Positions 1-10,429 of a stretch of 64,000 bases of DNA are shown piece by piece. The position numbers were made by a program, and so were the translations under genes. Origin of the DNA: Stegostoma tigrinum (Eukaryota); NCBI RefSeq assembly GCF_030684315.1, contig NC_081394.1, forward strand, positions 17,094,658 to 17,158,657, read 5' to 3'. The notes under the pieces were generated by a model, which was given only the letters and a program-made list of their open reading frames with translations, searched no databases and was not told where the DNA came from. Position 1 is the stretch's first letter. Each line of letters opens with the position of its first letter.

Positions 1-2005
1 AAAAAGAATGACGTGACTAATGTGCAGATCAGGGATGAGTGGGTGAATACTCCAGAGAATATCAACATATTGAAAAATGAAGTTTTGGGAATCCTAAATG
101 ACATTATGATAGACAAGTCCCCAGGGTAAGATGGGATCTATCCCATGTTACTCAGAGGGAAGGGGAGGTAATAGTTTGGGAATTGGCAGATGTCTTCTTT
201 TCCTCATTGACCACAGGTGTAGTTCCGGAGGACTGGAGGTTTGCAAATGTTGTTCCCTTATTTAAGAAAGGATGTAAGGATAATCAAGGAAAGTATAGGC
301 TGCTGAGCTTGACATTTGTGGTGGAGAAACTCTTGGAGAAGATACTGAGGGACAATATCTATGTGCATTTGGAGGAAAATGAACTAGTTAGTGACAGGCA
401 GCATAGTTTTGTCCCAGGAAGGTCATGTCTCACCAACCTGATTTAATTTTTTGAAGAGGTAATGAGGATAATTGATGGGAAAAGGGCTGTGGATATAGTT
501 TATATTGAATTTAGCAAAGCATTTGATAAGGTCCTGCATGGCAGGTTGGTTCAAAAACTAAATTCACAAGGAATTTTGGATGGCCTGGCCAATGGAAGTG
601 CTTGGTCACAGAAGATAGAGCGTACTGGTGGAATGAGTTTTTTTTTCAGAATGGAGACGAGTAACTAGTAGTGTTCCACAGGGGTCAGTCTTAGCTTCTT
701 CGTTGTTTGTAGTATATATAAATGATCTGGAGGAAAATACGGGTGGTCTGACAAGCAAGTTTGCTGGTGACATGAAGATTGGTGGATTGGTGATAGTGCC
801 AATGATTGTGAAAGTATACAAGAGGATATAGTTAGATTGGCAAATTGGGCACAGAAATGGCAGATGGAGTTTAATCCAGAAAAATGCGAGGTGATGCATT
901 TTGGAGGATCTAGTTTAGGAGTGAATTATATTATAAATGGCAGAACCCTGAGGAACAGTAATGTTCAGACAGATCTGGGCATGCAGGTCTTCAGTTCCCT
1001 AAAAGTGGTCACCTATGTAGTCAAGATAATTCAGAAGGCATATGGTTAGGGTGGCATGGTGGCTCAGTGGTTAGCACTGCTGCCTCACAGGACCAGGGTC
1101 CTCGGTTCGATTCCACCATTGGGTAACTGTCTATGTAGAGTTTGCACATTCTCCCCGTGTCTGCATCTGGGTTTCCCCCGGGTGCTCTGGTTTCCTCCCA
1201 GTCCAGAGATGTGCTGCGTAGGTGGATTGACCGAGCTATATTGCCTAGGGATGTTTAGGTTAGGTGGGTTACAAATGGGAAATTAGGGGAATGGGTCTGG
1301 GTGGGATGCTCTTTGGAGGGACAGTGTAGACTTGTTGGGCCGAATAGTCAGTTTTCACACTGTAAGGATCCTGTGATTACATGGTATACTTGCCTTCATT
1401 GCCCATGATGTGGAGTACAAGATTTGGCAAACCATGTTGCTACAATATGAAACACTTGTTAGGACACAATTGGAGTGTAGTGTGCAGTTTTTGGAAATCA
1501 CACTATCAGAAGGATGTGGAAGCTTTGGAGAGAGCAGAGACAATGCTCACCAGGATGTTGCCTGGTCTCTCGGCCATTAGCTGGGAGGAAAGGTTAAAAG
1601 GACGAGCATATCTTTTACTGGAAAGACGTGGCTGAGAAAAGACCTGATAGAGGTCTACAAAATTATGAGAGGCATAGAAAGAGTGGATAGTCAGAAGCTA
1701 TTTTTCCCAGTGTTGAAGTTTCAATTACAAAGGGGCACAGGTTCAGGTGAGAGGGGCAACATTCAAGTGAGATGTGCAAGGGACGTTTTTCATGCAGGGT
1801 GTGTCAGCAGCCTGTAAATGCACTGCCAGAAGAGGTGGTGGAAGCGGGCACTTTGAAGACATTGGAGAAAAACCTAGATGCAGACATGAATTGGGAGGAA
1901 TAGAGGTATATAATTTTTAAAAATGGCAGTTTTGTTTTTAGATTAATTAGGTCATAATGGTCAGCACAGGCTCGGAGAGCTGAAGGGCCTCTTCCTGTTG
2001 TATAC
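1..2005 (+). mobile_element. Degenerate CR1-type LINE, ORF2 RT to 3' end (continues from before the window), interrupted by a SINE
   Basis: ORF fragments VPEDWRFANVVPLFKKG, VDIVYIEFSKAFDKV, WQMEFNPEKCEVMHFG; many stops and frameshifts; paralog at ~52317-54310. Confidence 0.9.
1048..1378 (+). mobile_element. tRNA-derived SINE (HE1/V-SINE-like) inside the CR1
   Basis: A box TGGCTCAGTGG, B box GGTTCGATTCC, core GAGTTTGCACATTCTCCCCGTGTCTGC; ATGGT on both sides. Confidence 0.85.
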
Positions 2006-2270
2006 TTTCTCATTTGTTCATTTATTCTCAAGGGGTCAGTAAATATTTACAAGTTTCTGCTCCACTCAAACACAAAATCACAACTGAACACAGAAGGAGA
2101 ATGAGATCTATTTATTCCACCTGAAACTCTTGCATACATAACAAATGAGACTATAGCAAACTTTTCATATCTGACAAATGTTCACCTGAATGTCCTCCAA
2201 CCTAGTCTATTCTATCAGTTGCTTCTGATATGGCCTCCACTACATTGGTAGAGACCAAGCACAGACTTGG

Positions 2271-2958
2271 AGATAATGGGAACTGCAGATGCTGGAGATT
2301 CCAAGATAATAAAATGTGAGGCTGGATGAACACAGCAGGCCAAGCAGCATCTCAGGAGCACAAAAGCTGACGTTTCAGGCCTAGACCCTTCATCAGAGAG
2401 GGGGATGGGCGGAGGGAACTGGAATAAATAGGGAGAGAGGGGGAGGCGGACCGAAGATTGAGAGTAAAGAAGATAGGTGGAGAGAGTGTAGGTGGGGAGG
2501 TAGGGAGGGGATAGGTCAGTCCAGGGAAGACGGACAGGTCAAGGAGGTGGGATGAGGTTAGTAGGTAGCTGGGGGTGCGGCTTGGGGTGGGAGGAAGGGA
2601 TGGGTGAGAGGAAGAACCGGTTAGGGAGGCAGAGACAGGTTGGACTGGTTTTGGGATGCAGTGGGTGGGGGGGAAGAGCTGGGCTGGTTGTGTGGTGCAG
2701 TGGGGGGAGGGGATGAACTGGGCTGGTTTAGGGATGCAGTAGGGGAAGGGGAGATTTTGAAACTGGTGAAGTCCACATTGATACCATATGGCTGCAGGGT
2801 TCCCAGGCGGAATATGAGTTGCTGTTCCTGCAACCTTCGGGTGGCATCATTGTGGCAGTGCAGGAGGCCCATGATGGACATGTCATCAAGAGAATGGGAG
2901 GGGGAGTGGAAATGGTTTGCGACTGGGAGGTGCAGTTGTTTGTTGCGAACTGAAGTCC
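2271..2958 (-). mobile_element. Young 5'-truncated PLE with 11-bp target site duplication (TSD)
   Basis: Minus ORF NKQLHLPVANHFHSPSHSLDDMSIMGLL...RRLQEQQLIFRLGTLQPYGIN; TSD CACAGACTTGG at 2260-2270 and 2959-2969; absent at 54564. Confidence 0.9.
2366..2400 (-). ncRNA. Minimal hammerhead ribozyme motif in PLE terminus
   Basis: Minus strand CTGATGA-AGGGTCTAGGCCT-GAAAC-GTC; stem I weak. Confidence 0.6.
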
Positions 2959-3075
2959 CACAGACTTGGGACTGTTTTGTGCAGCATCTGCACTGTGTAA
3001 TTCGAGTCGACAACATCTTCTGGCCACTAACCATTTTAACACCCCTCTCACTCCATTGATGACATGTCCATCCTT

Positions 3076-3400
3076 CATTGATTCCCGCACCCATTCATTC
3101 ACAAGGCAGAAAATGAGAGGAATAGATGGTAGTTTCTCTCGTATATTTGAATATTAAAAACTGTCAGTTATGGACTGTCAACTAAACTCTCGTTTACATG
3201 GCAGAAACTGATAGGAACAGGTCAGTGGTGAGCTTCACTTTTTCACATAGCAAAAGCCGGTAGTTACATATCGATAACGACAGTCATAGTCACGCAACAG
3301 AAACTGTCAGGTCGAGATTGAGAAATGCACTCTCACATTCACAATGCGGAATTAGATACAGATTGATAATTACACTCCTGGAAACAGGACAAACTAGCCC
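3076..3400. repeat. Remnant of degenerate 49-bp minisatellite
   Basis: GCAGAAACTGA..G and ATTGATAA motifs; near-identical to 59009-59330. Confidence 0.7.
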
Positions 3401-3889
3401 TCAATACTTGAAACTCTGAACAACACAGTTCACAGACAACGATAAAGCAAAGAAGAACAGACTTGCACATAAGAGTTTGCAAATGAAACACATCGTCATA
3501 ATTTGACATCGCAAAAGTACTCTGTTGAAATTAATCCTGAAATAACAATCGCCAGGTCAGTGTGAATACAACTGCCTTGTGAGTAAATAAAGTTCAGAAA
3601 AAATCCGCCAAGATAGACTCGACCACATTAAATTATGTGGATTTATCAGAAAGTCATGAAACTGTGTTAAATCCAGTCCATACAGAGGGTCTGAAACTGA
3701 CATGTGCGGCTGGAAACACAGACTCCCACATCATTGTAGCAAAGAACAAAAGGCACAGAGCCAATAGCGCAGTAACTTTCAGTGTCACAAGCACAAAACA
3801 ATTCTCTCTCAGTCGGATTGACAGGAACAAAATCAAGTTCCACACAACATTTCGATGCAGTTCCTGACAGATTCACTTTTAGACCAACA

Positions 3890-4042
3890 CTCCCCAATCA
3901 CAGAGAGATTTAGCATGAGAGTTTTGACAGCGTATAAAGTAACCAATGAGGAACGAGGCTTTCCCCATCCTTCATTTGCATTGCTGACGCCAACAGTCTG
4001 CAAAAAGCCAGCTCCGGGCCCGCTCTCCCTGATTCTGTCACC
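3890..4042 (+). promoter_or_regulatory. H2B promoter (copy A)
   Basis: Two CCAAT boxes; octamer ATTTGCAT 3974-3981; TGCAAAAAG at the expected TATA position. Confidence 0.8.
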
Positions 4043-4264
4043 ATGGTTGAAGAAAAGAAAGGGCCAGTTGCTAAGAAGGGCGCTAAGAAAGCGGTGAAGA
4101 GGGCGCCAGCGAAAGGCAGCAAGAAGAGGCGAAAGTCCAGGAAAGAAAGTTACTCCATCTACATCTACAAAGTGTTGAAGCAGGTTCACCCCGACACCGG
4201 GATCTCCTCCAAGGCCATGAGTATCATGAACTCGTTCGTCAAGGATATTTTCGAGCGTATCGCA
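4043..4264 (+). pseudogene. H2B: 3'-truncated histone H2B (74 codons) fused to antisense CR1; chimeric ORF ends at 4468
   Basis: Identical to intact copies up to DIFERIA, then jumps to CR1 sequence; no stem-loop. Confidence 0.93.
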
Positions 4265-4465
4265 AGTGCCCACCTCACACTTGTCCGCATTAAACTCCAC
4301 TTGCCACCTCTCAGCCCAGCTCTGCAGCTTATCTATGTCTCTCTGCAACCTACAGCATCCTTCGTCACAATCCACAACTCCACCGACCTTAGTGTCGTCC
4401 GTAAATTTACTTACAAAACCTTCTACGCCCTCATCCAGGTCATTTATAAAAATGACAAACAACAG
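4265..4465 (-). mobile_element. CR1 RT remnant
   Basis: [27 protein letters not shown]; same element as 18288-19255 and 61600-62565. Confidence 0.9.
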
Positions 4466-5075
4466 TGAGTTTACAGTTGAGGTTAGTGCAATGTCTAGGA
4501 TTAGCGCCTGGATTAGAACTGGGGATAGAGTTAGTGTTCGTGTTAGGCTTAGGGTTATGGCGAGGATTTATGTTACGATTAGGGTACAAGTGAAATTTAT
4601 GGTTAGAGCTAGGGTTAGGTTCATGCGAGAGTTAGGTCTGATTTTAGCTTTCGGATTCGGGTTCGGGTTCTCTTTCATGTCATGGTTCGGCGTTCTGCTA
4701 GGGTTAGTGGATAGGTTTTGGTTTAAGGTTAAGGCTCGGGCTAGGCTTAAGGTAAAGGTTAGGTGCACGGTTTGGTTAGGTTTAGTGCTCGGATGGGAGA
4801 TACGATTACGGTTATGACGAGGTCTAGAGCTAAGGTCTCGGTTAGAGTTGGGGACTGGTTTAGGGCTGAGGTTATCATTGTGGACAGGGCCACAGTGAGA
4901 GCGAAGGATATGGTTAGGACAAGGAACAGCATAAAGTTCAGTGTTAAGTTTAGGGTTGAGGTTAGAGTTCGTGCTAGGGCTAGGGTTAGACCTAGGAACA
5001 GATTTTGCTTTAAGGTTTATGATTAGGGCTCGGGTTAGTGTTAGTGTTCGGGTCAGTGTTGTGATTCTGGGGGTT
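4466..5075 (+). repeat. Degenerate (TTAGGG)n interstitial telomere-like array
   Basis: Hexamer-phased TTAGGG/TTAGGT/TTCGGG/CTAGGG variants. Confidence 0.85.
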
Positions 5076-5124
5076 TGTGTTAAAGGAAGGGACGGTGCTA
5101 CTGCGAGCAAGAGGGTGAGCGTTA

Positions 5125-5260
5125 ATTGTGAGGAAGTGTCACTGGGCCCGAAACGTTAACTCTAATCACTCTCCAGTTAATGCCAGGCCCGCTGAGCTTT
5201 TACAGCAGTTACAGTTTCAGCTTCTGATTTTCAGGACCCGCAGATCTTTCGATTTTTATT
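5125..5260 (+). mobile_element. Decayed PLE 3' terminus next to the TTAGGG array
   Basis: GGCCCGAAACGTTAACTCT...CTGAGCTTTT...CCGCAG; also at ~19915, ~35360 and ~63225. Confidence 0.6.
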
Positions 5261-5349
5261 TAACAAAAGTGAAGAATTTGCTAATGTCTAATTTAGTGCA
5301 AGAAGAGAGGGCGTCTTCAAAATTATGTCAAAAGGCGGTGTTCGCTGTT

Positions 5350-5785
5350 ATCGTGCTCATTCCAAAGAAAGGTGTGTAATGTTTCATATCGGGGAGTTTT
5401 TGAAATGTGAACTTGAACGATTAGATGCACAGTGCGGTATTTGCCGCTTTCCCCTGCTTGTTCTGGAAGTTCTGAAATCGTCCATCAAGATCAGGAATGG
5501 ACACATTCAATTAGATGAGGGAAGGAAGTAAAAAGAGATTGTGTGAAATATACATTTGTAATCGAAAAGTAAATTAACTCGTAAGTATTGGTGAATTCTT
5601 CTTCTAAACGTCCTCTTTTTTGTGCATAATGTATGTGCAATGGCGGGCTTTTTAAATTATAGAGAAAGCGGTTGATGATTTCGCGCCGTTATTTTCCAAC
5701 TTCCTCCCCGTGCCCTCTCCGGATTAGGGAATGTAGCAGATATCTGACTGGGAAATGAAGCAACATTAGGAGATGATGAACATTT
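5350..5785 (+). promoter_or_regulatory. Orphan H2A-upstream module with E2F-like sites
   Basis: Homologous to ~35560-35966 upstream of the H2A pseudogene; TGGCGGGC 5641, TTTCGCGCC 5679-5687. Confidence 0.6.
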
Positions 5786-6499
5786 CTGTCGAAAAGATTT
5801 TTTTCTCCCTTTCAGTGTGAAGAACCCGGGGCTTGGTAATTGTCCGCCCCTGTGAAACTCGGTCACAGCCAGTTTCACATTTCCTTTAATCACATTGGGA
5901 AGAGCTGAAATGACACAGTGCAACAAATACCCCGTCCCTCAGTTCATCATTATGAGTGGGTGCTGACCGCCTGCGCTTTATTGGCGGGTGTGTTCATGTA
6001 CAGCCTCTTTGCCCAGCCCGCAGAGAGGAAACATATGAAACGCCACTGAGGTCATCTTCAGCGACTGCTATGTGTTCGTGTTACTCTTTAACACTCGATC
6101 ACTTCGGGAGCGAATGGCCCCGGTGGCCTATGAACTCTGACTTACACCCCAGGAAAACTAAAGTCGTGTCCCTGTCTTTTGAGTCCCACAAGCAAGTATA
6201 TTGTGTATCTCCTGACTTGTCAATTTCCAAATATCCGCTCAGGTTCTGTTCGGTTGCAGAATGCTGCAAGCGAGCCTTTCCGCTGTCGGTTCAAACAGAA
6301 CTGAGATAAAGCCAGAACCAAGGGAGAATAGTTAATGTGGAGCAAATTTGCCAGAAGGGAGAGCAATATTGTCTGAAGATGGTGTCCCATTAATACGGTT
6401 ACCAGGAGGAACGTCCGGCCCAGCAGGAAAGAGGGCATTCGGCCCATCGAGTCTAAACCAATCTCCGAAGGGTAGGAAATGAGGGAGGGGAGAGATTCT

Positions 6500-6790
6500 T
6501 AGACTTTTTTTTGTAATCTAAAACCAAATCAACTGTAAACTACCCATGCATTCTTCTCTGTAAAAATTCCTCCTCCATTCTACATATTGGCGCGCTTTTC
6601 AATTGAGAAAGAAAGCGGTTAATAATTTAGAGACAATTGTTTTCCGCCCGCTCCTTCCCTGCCCTGCCCATCGTTGTCGCCGTGGTAACGCCAAGGGAGA
6701 CAATCAGCAGAGAGGAGATAACAGTGAATTTATCATCTTCTGCACGCATTGAATTTTTAACAGAGATCGGAGAACACAACTGGAGTACTC
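6500..6790 (+). promoter_or_regulatory. Promoter-like module with E2F-like site and RFX X-box
   Basis: TTGGCGCGC 6587-6595; GTCGCCGTGGTAAC 6676-6689; copy at ~20820-21110; inverted paralog at ~50890-51165. Confidence 0.45.
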
Positions 6791-7145
6791 GGCTCTCTCT
6801 CCCTTCTCTCTCTTTCTCTCTCTCACACACACACACAGACACCTACCTGCTGTCACTTCTGATGCTACTGTGGTGGTGATCAGTAATTCAACTCCGACCT
6901 ACACATAGCAGAAGCTTAAAGGGGCATGTTGATAACCATACTCACCATTCACCAAACATGAACTGATAGGTAGAGATTGATAATTCACCTTACATATGGG
7001 CATAAAATTAAGTGAAAGACATAGATTGGTACCCACACTCTTATATTAATGAGAAGTTGATATATACAGTCACACACTCACTTTGCTAATAAAATGTGAG
7101 GCTGGATGAACACAGCAGGCCAAGCAGCATCTCAGGAGCACAAAA

Positions 7146-7180
7146 GCTGACGTTTCGGGCCTAGACCCTTCATCAGAGAG
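7146..7180 (-). ncRNA. Minimal hammerhead ribozyme motif
   Basis: Minus strand CTGATGA-AGGGTCTAGGCCC-GAAAC-GTC. Confidence 0.6.
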
Positions 7181-7885
7181 GGGGATGGGGAGAGGGAACT
7201 GGAATAAATAGGGAGAGAGGGGGAGGCGAACCGAAGATGGAGAGTAAAGAAGATAGGTGGAGAGAGTGTAGGTGGGGAGGTAGGGAGGGGATAGGTCAGT
7301 CCAGGGAAGACGGACAGGTCAAGGAGGTGGGATGAGGTTAGTAGGTAGCTGGGGGTGCGGCTTGGGGTGGGAGGAAGGGATGGGTGAGAGGAAGAACTGG
7401 TTAGGGAGGCAGAGACAGGTTGGACTGGTTTTGGGATGCAGTGGGTGGGGGGGAAGAGCTGGGCTGGTTGTGTGTGAGAGAGAGAGAGAAAGAGAGAGAG
7501 AGGGAGAGAGAGCCGAGTACTCCAGTTGTGTTCTCCGATCTCTGTTAAAAATTCAATGCGTGCAGAAGATGAGGGGACGAACTGGGCTGGTTTAGGGATG
7601 CAGTAGGGGAAGGGGAGATTTTGAAACTGGTGAAGTCAACATTGATACCATATGGCTGCAGGGTTCCCAGGCGGAATATGAGTTGCTGTTCCTGCAACCT
7701 TCGGGTGGCATCATTGTGGCAGTGCAGGAGGCCCATGATGGACATGTCATCTAGAGAATGGGAGGGGGAATGGAAATGGTTTGCGACTGGGAGGTGCAGT
7801 TGTTTGTTGCGAACTGAGCGGAGGTGTTCCCAAAACCAGTCCAACCCTTCTCTGCCTCCCTAACCAGTTCCCTCTCCCCATCCCC

Positions 7886-7920
7886 CTCTCTGATGAAGGG
7901 TCTCGGCCCGAAACGTCAGC
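7886..7920 (+). ncRNA. Minimal hammerhead ribozyme motif
   Basis: CTGATGA 7890-7896, stem GGGTCTCGGCCC, GAAAC-GTC 7910-7917. Confidence 0.6.
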
Positions 7921-8199
7921 TTTTGTGCCCCTGAGATGCTGCTTGCCCTGCTGTGTTCATCCAGCCTCACATTTTATTATCTTGGAATTCTCCAGCATCT
8001 GCAGTTCCCATTATCTCTCTCACACACTCACTTTGCAGTCACTGAGAGGAGATAAATTGATGACGACTCACACATTCGCATGACAGAAATTGACAGGTAC
8101 AGATCAGTAAGTTGACTGACATAATGTTAAGGTGACGACATCATGTTACAGTCCAACAGTTTTATTTGAAAACAGAAGCAGCGATGAATTCTCCTCTTG

Positions 8200-8375
8200 A
8201 CAGCCCGTAGTCCGTCCTTCACTGACAAGGCCCAAGCCAGGGGCGTGATGTTTTATCCGACTGACCTGGATGAGTGCAGCTCCAATAACGGTCGCCACAT
8301 TCAGGGCAAATTGCAACACATCCACAAGCATCCACTCTCTCGACAGAGTTCGAGTCACTACCACTGCGCAACACG
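8200..8375 (+). mobile_element. Old LINE RT C-terminal fragment (copy at ~21575-21750)
   Basis: CAAGGCCCAAGCCAGG..GTGATG..CCTGGATGAGTGCAGCTCCAA resembles the LINE motif KAQVRSVMEY..WMSAAP. Confidence 0.5.
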
Positions 8376-8769
8376 CCTCCCTCCATTGGCTACATTCTGT
8401 CTCTGTAATAATCTCCCATTTACTCCAACTCTCTGATGTTACTTTAAACAAGGAGTTAATATACACAGGATGAGTGTCGGGAGGATGAAATGACATATTT
8501 AATGGATCAATTCGATCGGCCATTGTGTTTTGAATCGGGGAAGCTCTATTGAAGGGCCGAATGGCCGTCAGCGTTTCCGATTCCTCATCAGATTCTGCAG
8601 AGGCCGAGGGAGGGAGTTACTACCGTGAGCCGGGAATGATCTCCATTGGAGCTTCATAAAGGGGTAATGTCCCTGTTTGAAACTTTCTCTGCACTTTCCA
8701 CCACGGCCCCAGTTCCATTGCTCAAACTTGGTGAAAAGGGAATTGGGAAAATGAACAATTGATATTTGT

Positions 8770-9180
8770 TTCCGGGGAAACCTCAGGGGTACGTCGCTTT
8801 ACGCCGCCCCTCCCCCAGCAGCTATATGACCGATCGAGAGGAGCGCATGCGTAATATACTTCGCGCCGGCGCTGCCACGGAGGAGCATTTGATCAGTGAG
8901 ACCGCAATGGAGGGAGCAGTGCCCAGGGAAGCGAGAAGACCAGCAGGCTCCTCCCAGCAGCCCATCGAGATGTGAACCTGGGTCACTGACCGGGGTTCCG
9001 TTCGGGGAGAACCGGGGCCTGTTTGTAAGAGGCCGAGCGGAGCAGGAGCTGATCCGGGAGCTGGAAGTAAGCGGCCTGCGGTTGGGTAAGAGTGAGGCCT
9101 TTCTCGGGCTGTGTGTGGGCTGCTCAGGGATATACCGCGGGAAGCGGCTGCTGTGGTTTTCAATCCTCCGGAGACGGAAG
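8770..9180 (+). promoter_or_regulatory. CpG-rich promoter-like segment
   Basis: GC box 8804-8810, NRF1-type GCGCATGCGT 8843-8852, TTCGCGCC, candidate donors GTAAG at 9067 and 9086. Confidence 0.5.
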
Positions 9181-9451
9181 AAAATTCACTGTGCAGTTTC
9201 TGTTCAACCTGTTTGTTGGCATTGTGTAGTGAATGATGAACCGTGACAGTCCTGTAACGGACATGCATTGGAGGCATTAAATTAATAGTTTCGAGTAAAA
9301 CGAAACAATTATTTAGCGATCATAACTCTGTTTCTTTCACGATAGTCATGGATAAGGATAGGTATATGCGGCAGGGTAAAGTTTATTTTTAGGGGGAAGG
9401 GCAATTACAATTCAGGTAGGCAAGAACTGGGAAACGTGACGATCCTGTAAA

Positions 9452-10143
9452 AGAGAGAGAGAGAACGGGAACTGCAGATGCTGGAGAATCCAAGATAACA
9501 AAGTGTGGAGCTGGATGAACGCAGCAGGCTAAGCAGCATCTTAGGAGCACAAAAGCTGATGTTTTGGGCCGAGACCCTTCTTCAGAAAAGGGGGACGCTG
9601 TATACGGTGTGGCTGCCTCTACATTGGGGAAACCAAGCCGAAGCTTGGGGACCGCTTTGCAGAATACCTCCGCTCGGTTCACAGTAAACAATTGCACCTC
9701 CCAGTCGCGAAGCATTTCAACTCCCCCCTCCCATTCCTCAGACGATATGTTCTTCCTGGGCCTCCTGCAGTGCCATCATGATGCTAATGATGCCATAGGT
9801 TGCAAGAACAGCAACTCATATTCTGCTTGTGAACCCCGCAGCCCAATGGTATCAATGTCGATTTCACCGGCTTCGAAATCTCCCCTCCCCCCACTGCATC
9901 CCAAAGCCAGCCCAGCTCGTCCCCACCTGCCTAACCTGTTCTTCCTCTCACCTAACCTCTCCTCCCACCACAAGCCGCACCTCCTTTTCCTTCCTCCTAA
10001 CCTCATCCCGCTCTCTTGACTTGGCAGTCCTCCCCAGACTGACCTATCCCCTCCATGCCTCCCCACCCATACTCTCCTCTCCATCTATCTTCTCTTCTAT
10101 CCATCTTTGATCCGCCTCCCCCTCCCTCCCAATTTATTTCAGA
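9452..10143. mobile_element. PLE insertion (inverted terminus plus + strand GIY-YIG part), 10-bp TSD
   Basis: TSD ATCCTGTAAA 9442-9451 and 10144-10153; shared with unit B. Confidence 0.85.
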
Positions 10144-10429
10144 ATCCTGTAAAGGACATGCGTTGGAGGCATTAGATTAATAGTCTGGAGTAAAACATTT
10201 GAAGAAGTGTCAGTTGTTCGTCTCTTTACTAGTTAGTGGAATGGGACTGGATAATGAACTGTGTAAGCAGTCTACTTGCTTCGAATTGTCCTATTCATGC
10301 AGCTGTGCAATTGGTGCTCAGCTCTGGTTCTCACTCAGTTGGTATAGAATTATATAAAACAAAACAGTCATCAGACAAGGAGAGCTCAGGGCAAAATGGA
10401 TTAACAGTCCAGCGATAATACAACAAACC

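Larger units (their letters stand above)
2175..3074 (+). mobile_element. Old PLE GIY-YIG fragment, split by a younger PLE and cut by a deletion
   Basis: Matches the uninterrupted copy at ~54475-54680. Confidence 0.7.
7087..8019. mobile_element. Young PLE insertion with inverted termini, captured flank and 17-bp TSD
   Basis: TSD TCACACACTCACTTTGC 7070-7086 and 8020-8036; empty site near 21394; minus body 7087-7830, plus terminus 7830-8019. Confidence 0.9.

Noticed and set aside
4266-5159. Val/Arg-rich and Asn/Pro-rich ORFs (also 19052-19948 and 62492-63146)
   Set aside because: Translations of degenerate TTAGGG/CCCTAA repeats
6036-6047. TGAAACGCCACT match to the H2B stop and 3'UTR
   Set aside because: Isolated 12-mer with no flanking homology or stem-loop; expected by chance
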